Shown: positions 1 through 6,999 of the stretch, in pieces
Position numbering within the stretch: position 1 is the first letter of the stretch
Layout: each line of letters starts with the position of its first letter
Assembly (NCBI GenBank): GCA_050013715.1
Contig: JBEKES010000028.1
Location: forward strand, 1 to 11,792
Length of the DNA: 11,792 bases
From: Candidatus Micrarchaeaceae archaeon
GTDB lineage: Archaea > Micrarchaeota > Micrarchaeia > Micrarchaeales > Micrarchaeaceae
Direction of reading: 5' to 3'
The notes under the pieces: model-generated
Seen by the model: the letters and a program-made list of their open reading frames with translations, nothing else
The model's database searches: none
What the model was told of the DNA's origin: nothing
Made by a program: the position numbers and the translations under genes

Positions 1-1
1 T

Positions 2-3000
2 GTAAACTTCTCAGGAGGAACATCTCCCTATAATGTAAAAACCTATGAAGACAATCAAGTGGTCCAAACCAATGTGACTAGCTCGAATAGAACTGTATAC
101 AACTTTGCCCCTCAGCAGAGTGGAGAATTTAAGTTCAATGCAACAATAACGGATTCATTGGGAGATCATATTACAACTGAAACATGGCCTGTCCAGGTAA
201 TTGCATCACCCATAATAGCAATAGCTGGGAGCAACAGCATACAACAAGGTCAAATTGATCCCATAATAGCAGAGGGCAGAAACGGAACAGGATTATTTAC
301 CATAACGTTTGAGCAGAACGGCCAAGTTGTCCAGACAAACAGTTCACTGAACGGCATTAATGCCACGTACAATTTCAGGCCTACCCAAAGCGGAACCTAC
401 AACATCAACGCAACGGTAACTGATTATTGGCAGGAGCAGGCAACAAGCGACACAATGCATGTTCAGGTAAGTGGCACAACGACAACAACTACAGTATCAA
501 CCACAACAACCTCTTCAAGATCAACAACATCATCTTCAACTTCACTTTCAACATCATCAACTACTTCAAGATCAACAACATCAACTTCTACTTCACTTTC
601 AACATCATCAACTACTTCAAGATCAACAACATCAACTTCTACTTCATTGTCAACAAGCAGCACAACAATAAATGACAACAATGCAAATGCGATATTAACC
701 CCAAGCAATACGCTTCTTGATGTTGGCCAGTTTGAAACCTATACAATACGCGTAACTGGAGGAATCGGTCCATTCAATGTTGAACTATACAACATAACTG
801 GGTCACACCAGCAAGGTTCAAACGTTACAATCCCAACGCCAGGAGGCAGCAATTCAATAACATTCCAAGTTCATCATATTGGGACATTCGCGTTTAATTC
901 GATGGTAACTGATACGGGCGCCAACGACTTCAAGTTCTCAAGCGCATCTAACATTATAAGAGTATTTGGAAACAGCACGCCTGCAATGCTGAATATTACA
1001 CTAAGCTCAAATTCACTAATACAGGGACAGCCGGAAACATTTACATTTAAAGTTAATGGAGGAGAGGGTCCATTCACAATAGAACTATACAACATAACAG
1101 GATCGCATAAGCAGGGCACCAATGTGATAATACAATCTCCTGGTGGAACCAATACAATCTCATTAGTGACAGGTGCAACAGGAACATTCCAATTCAATGG
1201 AATTGCAACAGATTTGGGGACCACAACGCCCTATGTGTTCAATTCAACAACAGAGACAATTACCGTAACTTCAAATACTGATTTTGGCGCCAGAGCAACA
1301 TTGACACCAACCAATGCAATACTTGAAACTGGCCAGTATGAAACCTATATAGTGCACGTAACTGGAGGAATCGGCCAATTCAATGTTGAACTATACAACG
1401 TAACTGGATCACATCAGCAAGGAACGAACGTAATAATCCAATCTCCGGGAGGAAGCAATTCGGTAACATTCAAGACAGGTGCAATAGGCAACTTCATCTT
1501 CAATTCAATGATAACAGACATGGGCGCAAACAATTTCAAGTTCTCAAGCAATTCCAATACAATACAGGTAATAGGAAACAGAAACAACACAAACGGCAAC
1601 ACTCCAATACTTTACATAAATGACAGCCTTGGATCAATTCAAACAGGTCAATTGGAAACATTCACATTCAGGGAGCAGGGAGGCAGAGGTCCATTCACAG
1701 TTGAACTATACAACATAACCGGGTCGCACCAGCAGGGCACAAACGTAATAATACAATCTCCAGGAGGCACAAATACTGTTTCATTCATTGCAGGAGCAGC
1801 TGGTACCTTCTCATTCAATGGAATTGCATCTGATCTGGGAACCACAACACCCTATGTGTTCAATTCAATAGCAAAGGCAATAACAGTAACTGCAAATACC
1901 GACAATGGCGTAACTGCTACATTGATACCAAGCAACATAATACTCGAAGTCAGCCAGTATGAAACCTATACAATACATGTAAATGGAGGAATAGGTCCAT
2001 TCAACGTTGAACTATACAACATAACTGGGTCGCACCAGCAGGGTTCAAACGTGATAATAACAAGACCAAGCGGCAGCAATTCAATAACCTTCCAGACAAA
2101 CTCCATAGGCACATTCGTATTCAATGCAATGATAACGGACATGGGCGCCAACGACTATAAATTCTCAAGCCCAACAAATACAATACAAGTGGAAGGCAAC
2201 AGCACGCCTCCAACACTTTCAATTACGCCAAGCCTAAGGTCATTGCAAAGCGGCCAGCTGGAAACATTCACATTCAGGGAGCATGGAGGAATCGGCCCAT
2301 TCACAGTTGAATTATACAACGTAACTGGATCAAGGCAGCAAGGTTCAAACGCGATAATACAATCTCCAGGAGGCACAAACACAATCTCAATAATTGCTGG
2401 CGCAACAGGCAACTTTGTATTCAATGGAATTGTATCCGATCTGGGAACCACAACACCATTGGTATTCAATTCTACAAAAACAACAATAACGGTAACTCCA
2501 TCAGGAACTGATAACAGCGTAACTGCAACATTAACCCCTTCAAACGCAATACTTGAAAGTGGCCAATTCGAGACCTATACCGTAAACGTAAACGGAGGAA
2601 TCGGTCCATTCAATGTTGAACTATACAACATAACAGGATCGCACCAGCAGGGTTCAAACGTGATAATAGCAAGACCAAGCGGCAGCAATTCAATAACCTT
2701 CCAGGCAAATGCAATAGGAAACTTCCTATTCAATGCAATGGTAACGGATATTGGCGCAAACAACTTCAAGTTCTCAAGCGCATCAAATACAATAGAAGTA
2801 ATCAGCAGCAATGTCCCTACAATAACATTAACTGCAGAGTCACCAAACCTCAATGCAGGAGAAGTAGAAACCTTTGACATTTCTGTCCAAGGCGGACTAG
2901 GTCCATACACAATTGAACTATACAACATAACAGGATCATCACAGCAGGGATCCAATGTGATAATACCAACCTCAAGCGGCAGCAATACCATAAGCATTAC

Positions 3001-4138
3001 TACAGGCGCAACAGGAACCTTCAGCTATAATGCAATTGCAACAGATCTTGGAACTAGAATACCCTATGTGTTCAATTCAACCGCTGTCCAGATAACTGTC
3101 AACTCCAACGGCGGAGGCGGAGGAGGCGGCGGTGGCGGTGGTGGAGGCGGCGGAGGCGGCTCCGGCGGAGGCGCAGGAAAGCCAACCATACTATCTGCAG
3201 GAAACGGTTGCTTAGCAATAGACAACGTAGCAGTTCCAGACAGCTTCAGCTTCAACATGTCAAACTACAATATCAACGCAACAGACAATTACATCGGATC
3301 AAACTACACAAGCCTTATAGTGAATGGAAACACAACGGTTTTCAACATTGGCGTTCCAAAAGTATTGGATAATTACCCAGTATACATGGAGCTTACAAAT
3401 GTGTCCTATCTTCCAATACTGCACAGCGTCAATTTCCTTGCCTGTCCAATCCAGAAGAACACTACAAACACAACAGTGCAGAGCATTCATGTGGATGTAT
3501 CGTTCAATGCCAACGGTCTTTCAATAAAGAGCGTGCAACCACCAAGCCTTGCCAAGTATGTCACTGTATCAAGCACTCCAAATGCACCGGCTCTGCCCAA
3601 GAACTATGCCGGGCTTTTCATTGCAAACATAGACATAAACTACACTGCGCTCAAAACAGCAAACCTGAGCGTTAACTATGCCTGCACAATACCATCCAAT
3701 GCATTGGTGCCATACATGCTCAACAACGGCAACGTATGGGCGCCCATAACACCATTCGATGTAAACAAGACCAGCTGCGTGATAAGCTTTGCAATACCAA
3801 CCGGTGATCCTATAATAGCATTATTGCAGAAGTCAGCTGCTCCAGTAATACAGCAGCCAAGCAAGGCAACCACAACAGTGCCTCAAGTCATAGTGCATTT
3901 ACCAAAATCAGTAAGCGTATTCCCATGGCTTGCAATAATCATAATAATAATCGTATTTGCAACCTTCTTCATGATTACAATACCTCGCTATCAGAACGAG
4001 GCATTGGAAAGGAAAGAGGCAAAGGAACGTGAGGAAAAGAAAGAAAGAGAGGAATCAGAGAAATCCACCAAGCGTGATAAAAAGGACAAGGGTGATCAAG
4101 TTGAGGAAGATTCAAAGGAAGGCAGAATCAAGAAATAA
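2..4138 (+). CDS. Giant membrane-anchored cell-surface glycoprotein with Ig/PKD-like repeats; 5' end lies outside the window
   Basis: The frame is open from nt 2 (VNFSGGTSPYNVKTYEDNQV...), so the GTG at 59 is probably internal. Order: PKD-like modules, S/T linker, 8 ~100-aa repeats, poly-Gly, Cys-containing C-terminal domains, TM helix (FPWLAIIIIIIVFATFFMITI), K/E-rich tail. Many N-x-S/T sequons. Confidence 0.9.
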   Translation, partial: VNFSGGTSPYNVKTYEDNQVVQTNVTSSNRTVYNFAPQQSGEFKFNATITDSLGDHITTETWPVQVIASPIIAIAGSNSIQQGQIDPIIAEGRNGTGLFTITFEQNGQVVQTNSSLNGINATYNFRPTQSGTYNINATVTDYWQEQATSDTMHVQVSGTTTTTTVSTTTTSSRSTTSSSTSLSTSSTTSRSTTSTSTSLSTSSTTSRSTTSTSTSLSTSSTTINDNNANAILTPSNTLLDVGQFETYTIRVTGGIGPFNVELYNITGSHQQGSNVTIPTPGGSNSITFQVHHIGTFAFNSMVTDTGANDFKFSSASNIIRVFGNSTPAMLNITLSSNSLIQGQPETFTFKVNGGEGPFTIELYNITGSHKQGTNVIIQSPGGTNTISLVTGATGTFQFNGIATDLGTTTPYVFNSTTETITVTSNTDFGARATLTPTNAILETGQYETYIVHVTGGIGQFNVELYNVTGSHQQGTNVIIQSPGGSNSVTFKTGAIGNFIFNSMITDMGANNFKFSSNSNTIQVIGNRNNTNGNTPILYINDSLGSIQTGQLETFTFREQGGRGPFTVELYNITGSHQQGTNVIIQSPGGTNTVSFIAGAAGTFSFNGIASDLGTTTPYVFNSIAKAITVTANTDNGVTATLIPSNIILEVSQYETYTIHVNGGIGPFNVELYNITGSHQQGSNVIITRPSGSNSITFQTNSIGTFVFNAMITDMGANDYKFSSPTNTIQVEGNSTPPTLSITPSLRSLQSGQLETFTFREHGGIGPFTVELYNVTGSRQQGSNAIIQSPGGTNTISIIAGATGNFVFNGIVSDLGTTTPLVFNSTKTTITVTPSGTDNSVTATLTPSNAILESGQFETYTVNVNGGIGPFNVELYNITGSHQQGSNVIIARPSGSNSITFQANAIGNFLFNAMVTDIGANNFKFSSASNTIEVISSNVPTITLTAESPNLNAGEVETFDISVQGGLGPYTIELYNITGSSQQGSNVIIPTSSGSNTISITTGATGTFSYNAIATDLGTRIPYVFNSTAVQITVNSNGGGGGGGGGGGGGGGGGSGGGAGKPTILSAGNGCLAIDNVAVPDSFSFNMSNYNINATDNYIGSNYTSLIVNGNTTVFNIGVPKVLDNYPVYMELTNVSYLPILHSVNFLACPIQKNTTNTTVQSIHVDVSFNANGLSIKSVQPPSLAKYVTVSSTPNAPALPKNYAGLFIANIDINYTALKTANLSVNYACTIPSNALVPYMLNNGNVWAPITPFDVNKTSCVISFAIPTGDPIIALLQKSAAPVIQQPSKATTTVPQVIVHLPKSVSVFPWLAIIIIIIVFATFFMITIPRYQNEALERKEAKEREEKKEREESEKSTKRDKKDKGDQVEEDSKEGRIKK
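512..667 (+). repeat. In-frame 51-bp tandem repeat, about 3 copies, encoding STTS(S/T)STSLSTSSTTSR
   Basis: Units start at 521, 572 and 623 (TCAACAACATCA...) with near-identical DNA. Confidence 0.9.
673..3108 (+). repeat. Eight ~300-bp intragenic domain repeats in (A-B)x4 order
   Basis: The core ELYN(I/V)TGS begins at 782, 1082, 1388, 1703, 2009, 2309, 2618 and 2915. Type A ends TD.GAN.(F/Y)KFSS and type B ends DLGT..P.VFNS. Confidence 0.92.
3110..3178 (+). repeat. Poly-glycine linker (G17-S-GGGAG)
   Basis: GGN codon run with mixed third positions. Confidence 0.95.
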
Positions 4139-4139
4139 G

Positions 4140-5240
4140 CTATACAAATCTGCCTTCATTATTTCCAGTTATCACAACAGCAACGCTTTTTGATTTGAAT
4201 ATTTTCTTATTGTTGCTGTGCATTTTAAGAAATCCGGCAAATCCTGTTCCTCCGCCAAGTTCTGCATTTATTCCATAATCCTCAAGCGTTCTTACTGCAC
4301 TTTCTATCTCTTTCTCCGAAACGCTTACTGCGTTGCCTTTTGTGCCTTTTATCGCATTCAGCGTCTCGAATCCAAAGGTAGGATACCCTACAGCTATCGC
4401 ATCTGCCTCTGTCCTAGGCTTCATGTACTTTATGTTCTTCCTATTCCTGTAGGCAACGATAACAGGATCGCACTTCTCCGATTGAACGGCAACCATTCTT
4501 GGCTTGTTACGTATTAACTTGTAGCTTTTCAGTTCTTCTAGTCCTTTGTAAACCCCTGAGAAAAGGGTGCCATTGCCAACTGGTATGAACAGATAATCAG
4601 GCATTTGGAATTTCATTTGCTCTGCAACTTCAAACGCAAGCGTTTTCTGGCCTTCTTTCCTGAAATGGTAATCGCCGCAAACAAATGCGCCAGTTTTTCC
4701 TGAGTATTCTTCTGCAGCATTCAACGCTTTGTTAAAATCACCATCAACAAACACGATTTTTGCACCTTGTTTTCTTATCCTGCTTATTTTCTTCCTGTTT
4801 GCGTTCTTGCCTATGAATATTGTTGCATTTATTCCAAAATGCTTTGCATAGTGTGCAACGGACAATCCCATATTTCCAGTGGAAGCGCAGCACACTTTCT
4901 TGATTCCAAGCTCAACGGCCTTTGATATCTCGATGCAGGAGCCTCTGTCCTTGAAGGTTTTTGTCGGATTCTGGTTCTCCAATTTGAAAAACAGTTTTGC
5001 ATTATCTATTCCATCAATTTTTATGCTGGCAAGCTGGGTGTTGCCTTCTCCCAATGTGTATATTTTCTTTACTGGCAGAATGTTTATGTACCTTCTAATT
5101 CCTTTGTTCTTTTTATCAAATAGCTTTTGCGACCTGTTGTATTCGTATTTCACTTCAAGTATGGAATTGCATTTGCTGCACCGGAAGCTGAAGTCATTCT
5201 CGACATTGCCACATTTGCTGCAAACAACTTTGTAATTCAT
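4140..5240 (-). CDS. thrC: Threonine synthase-like PLP-dependent enzyme (fold type II)
   Basis: N-terminal CxxC...CxxC, TLGEGNT, KLENQNPTKTFKDRG (PLP lysine), CASTGN, EGQKTLAFEVAEQ, PVGNG, ADAIAVG. Confidence 0.8.
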   Translation of the reverse strand: MNYKVVCSKCGNVENDFSFRCSKCNSILEVKYEYNRSQKLFDKKNKGIRRYINILPVKKIYTLGEGNTQLASIKIDGIDNAKLFFKLENQNPTKTFKDRGSCIEISKAVELGIKKVCCASTGNMGLSVAHYAKHFGINATIFIGKNANRKKISRIRKQGAKIVFVDGDFNKALNAAEEYSGKTGAFVCGDYHFRKEGQKTLAFEVAEQMKFQMPDYLFIPVGNGTLFSGVYKGLEELKSYKLIRNKPRMVAVQSEKCDPVIVAYRNRKNIKYMKPRTEADAIAVGYPTFGFETLNAIKGTKGNAVSVSEKEIESAVRTLEDYGINAELGGGTGFAGFLKMHSNNKKIFKSKSVAVVITGNNEGRFV

Positions 5241-5252
5241 TGTATCATTGGT

Positions 5253-5696
5253 CTATTTGGAAGGAATATAGAATTTCTTCTTGAAGTAATTGTCAAGAAG
5301 TTTTTCACTGGGGAAATAAAGCGGTTTAGGAAGTTCTTTCAAATCAAACCATTTCCATTCAGTTATCTTATGAGGTTCTGTAACTTTAGCTTCGCCGCTA
5401 AATTCCTCTGCAAGCATGCCAATTGTGACAAAATGCGCATATTCGTTTTTGTCGTTATTTATACATAAAACACTAACTTTATTCAATATAAGTCCACATT
5501 CCTCTAAAACTTCTCTTTTGGCTGCATCCTCAAAAGACTCTCCATACTCTATTTTTCCACCGGGCATTGTCCATGTGCCCTCCGAGTGAAGTGCATCCGC
5601 CTTTTCAGGATCTCCCTGCCTTTTTCCTAAAAGAACTTTGTTTCCCTTAAGAAAAATTACCCCGCATCCGACTCTAACTATCTTATTTTCTGCCAT
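5253..5696 (-). CDS. NUDIX hydrolase, NUDT15/AtNUDT1-like nucleotide diphosphatase
   Basis: Nudix box GGKIEYGESFEDAAKREVLEECGL. RVGCGV, VLLGKR, HFVTI and EPHK..EWKWF match this subfamily. AGGA RBS at 5704-5701. Confidence 0.9.
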   Translation of the reverse strand: MAENKIVRVGCGVIFLKGNKVLLGKRQGDPEKADALHSEGTWTMPGGKIEYGESFEDAAKREVLEECGLILNKVSVLCINNDKNEYAHFVTIGMLAEEFSGEAKVTEPHKITEWKWFDLKELPKPLYFPSEKLLDNYFKKKFYIPSK

Positions 5697-5720
5697 GATA
5701 TCCTATCTTTTAAATTCTAG

Positions 5721-5900
5721 TCAAACATTAGCTTTGGCAAGTAATAGGTCACTATACGAAACTGATAATAAATTAGAAGCACTTATCCCGAAAAGTTCCA
5801 TATACTTGTTGCACTGTTCGGCAAGTTGTTCCTTAGACATGTCTCTTATTTTTATTGCTTCTATTTCCATAAATGTTCCTAGTTCTTGTACTATATTTAT
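5721..5900 (-). pseudogene. C-terminal remnant of a CYTH-domain (class IV adenylate cyclase/CyaB-like) gene
   Basis: Manual translation INIVQELGTFMEIEAIKIRDMSKEQLAEQCNKYMELFGISASNLLSVSYSDLLLAKANV* has the CyaB-like V..LG.F.EIE and SY.DLL motifs. An in-frame TAG lies immediately upstream and the N-terminal ExExK part is absent. Confidence 0.75.
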
Positions 5901-6083
5901 CTATTTTTTATAGATTTATATCTTTCTAAATTATAAATTTCACAGGATTAAGGCAAACCTGATATTCTACTTGCAAATTTTTGCTCCAGGATAAAATCAA
6001 ATCTTGAAAGTGGTTTTCCATTTATGGTAAACACGATTTTGCTACTATGGATATCTGAATTTAGTTATAAATTCCTTTCAATA

Positions 6084-6473
6084 TTATTTAATATTGTTTG
6101 ATATTACAAATATCCTTTCATCGTTTATATAATTAAATTTTTCATCTCTTGTTATAAGCAACTCGTTATTGGCAATAGCTATAGCTGCTATAAGTATGTC
6201 ATTTTCATTTATCATTTTTCCTAGGTCTCTTAATTTTTCAAATATCTTAGATGCCTCTAAAGCGGATGGCCTGTTAAAACTATATACTTGCAACGAATCC
6301 AAAATTTCTTCAGCCAAACTCCTTTTTATTTTGTCTTTGTGCTTCAAAAGTTCAAATTCTGTTATGGTTGTTGTAGATATTTTTTCTTTTAATCTATAAG
6401 AATCTACCAATTCTATTATCTTTTTTTCACCGTTCAAATAGTCTATTATGATACTTGTGTCCAAGCAAACCAC
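6084..6473 (-). CDS. vapC: VapC PIN-domain toxin
   Basis: LDTSIIIDYL, TTITEFEL, NDILIAAIA, LITRDEKF. Lies 4 nt downstream of the antitoxin. Confidence 0.92.
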   Translation of the reverse strand: MVCLDTSIIIDYLNGEKKIIELVDSYRLKEKISTTTITEFELLKHKDKIKRSLAEEILDSLQVYSFNRPSALEASKIFEKLRDLGKMINENDILIAAIAIANNELLITRDEKFNYINDERIFVISNNIK

Positions 6474-6477
6474 TAGC

Positions 6478-6708
6478 TCACCAATTAAATTCTCTGCCGT
6501 AATTTGTCTCCCTCTCTTTAGCTATTAATTTTTGAAGCTCATCTAATTTTTTGCGGTCCTTTTTAAGTATACCTGCAAACTTCATAAATTTTTCATTGTC
6601 CTTTTTAATTCCCATGACTTCTTTTATCAATTCTGAAAAACTTTTTTTACCTTTTAATTTAGATAACTCTTTGTACACTTCGTCAGATACTGATATTTGC
6701 CGTGCCAT
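6478..6708 (-). CDS. vapB: Archaeal VapB-type antitoxin
   Basis: MARQISVSDEVYKELSKLKGKKSFSELIKE pattern. ATG at 6708 is preferred over 6726 because a GTGAT RBS precedes it (6716-6712) and the upstream ATG falls inside a palindrome. Confidence 0.85.
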   Translation of the reverse strand: MARQISVSDEVYKELSKLKGKKSFSELIKEVMGIKKDNEKFMKFAGILKKDRKKLDELQKLIAKERETNYGREFNW

Positions 6709-6719
6709 AATAATCACAT

Positions 6720-6742
6720 TATACATATGTATATATACATAT
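6720..6742. promoter_or_regulatory. Overlapping palindromes, putative vapBC operator/promoter
   Basis: TATACATATGTATA (6720-6733) and ATATGTATATATACATAT (6725-6742) are perfect palindromes just upstream of vapB. Confidence 0.55.
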
Positions 6743-6792
6743 AAAAACCTTTTGATTTTTTCCTCATATCTTTACCCTATACTGAACATGCG

Positions 6793-6848
6793 CCCATCGA
6801 ATATGACAATTTCATTCAACTCTCTTCTAATAGGTATTTACACCGATT
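6793..6848. repeat. Degenerate third copy (R3) of the intergenic repeat
   Basis: Aligns by hand to 10595-10651 at 38/57 positions with one gap; 11 of the 18 substitutions are transitions. Confidence 0.6.
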
Positions 6849-6953
6849 ATATTGTTTAATTAAACGTATGAAATAGTCTACAACTTGCTTTGGATAAACT
6901 AAATTTGTTATATCAGAATTGATAAATACTAAATCTTTAATAAGGTTTCTTGC
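6816..6953 (-). pseudogene. Possible internal fragment of a class I SAM-dependent methyltransferase
   Basis: Start-less open stretch ARNLIKDLVFINSDITNLVYPKQVVDY... resembles the A..N....F...D...L.F....D region. Resemblance only. Confidence 0.25.
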
Positions 6954-6999
6954 TTAATAATCAGTAATTGGCTCAGATTAGCTATTACAAGGAAATACG

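Noticed and set aside
427..708. Poly-Q, N/I/F-rich and V/D/E-rich ORFs (471-671, 427-675, 463-708)
   Set aside because: Alternative-frame shadows of the S/T tandem repeat in the giant ORF.
874..3873. Repeated antisense and off-frame ORFs inside the giant gene, including the poly-Pro ORF
   Set aside because: Mirror frames of the repeats and the poly-Gly tract, with no independent signals.
5940..6083. Repeat copy or gene downstream of vapC
   Set aside because: Only scattered short matches and a start-less frame of under 40 codons.
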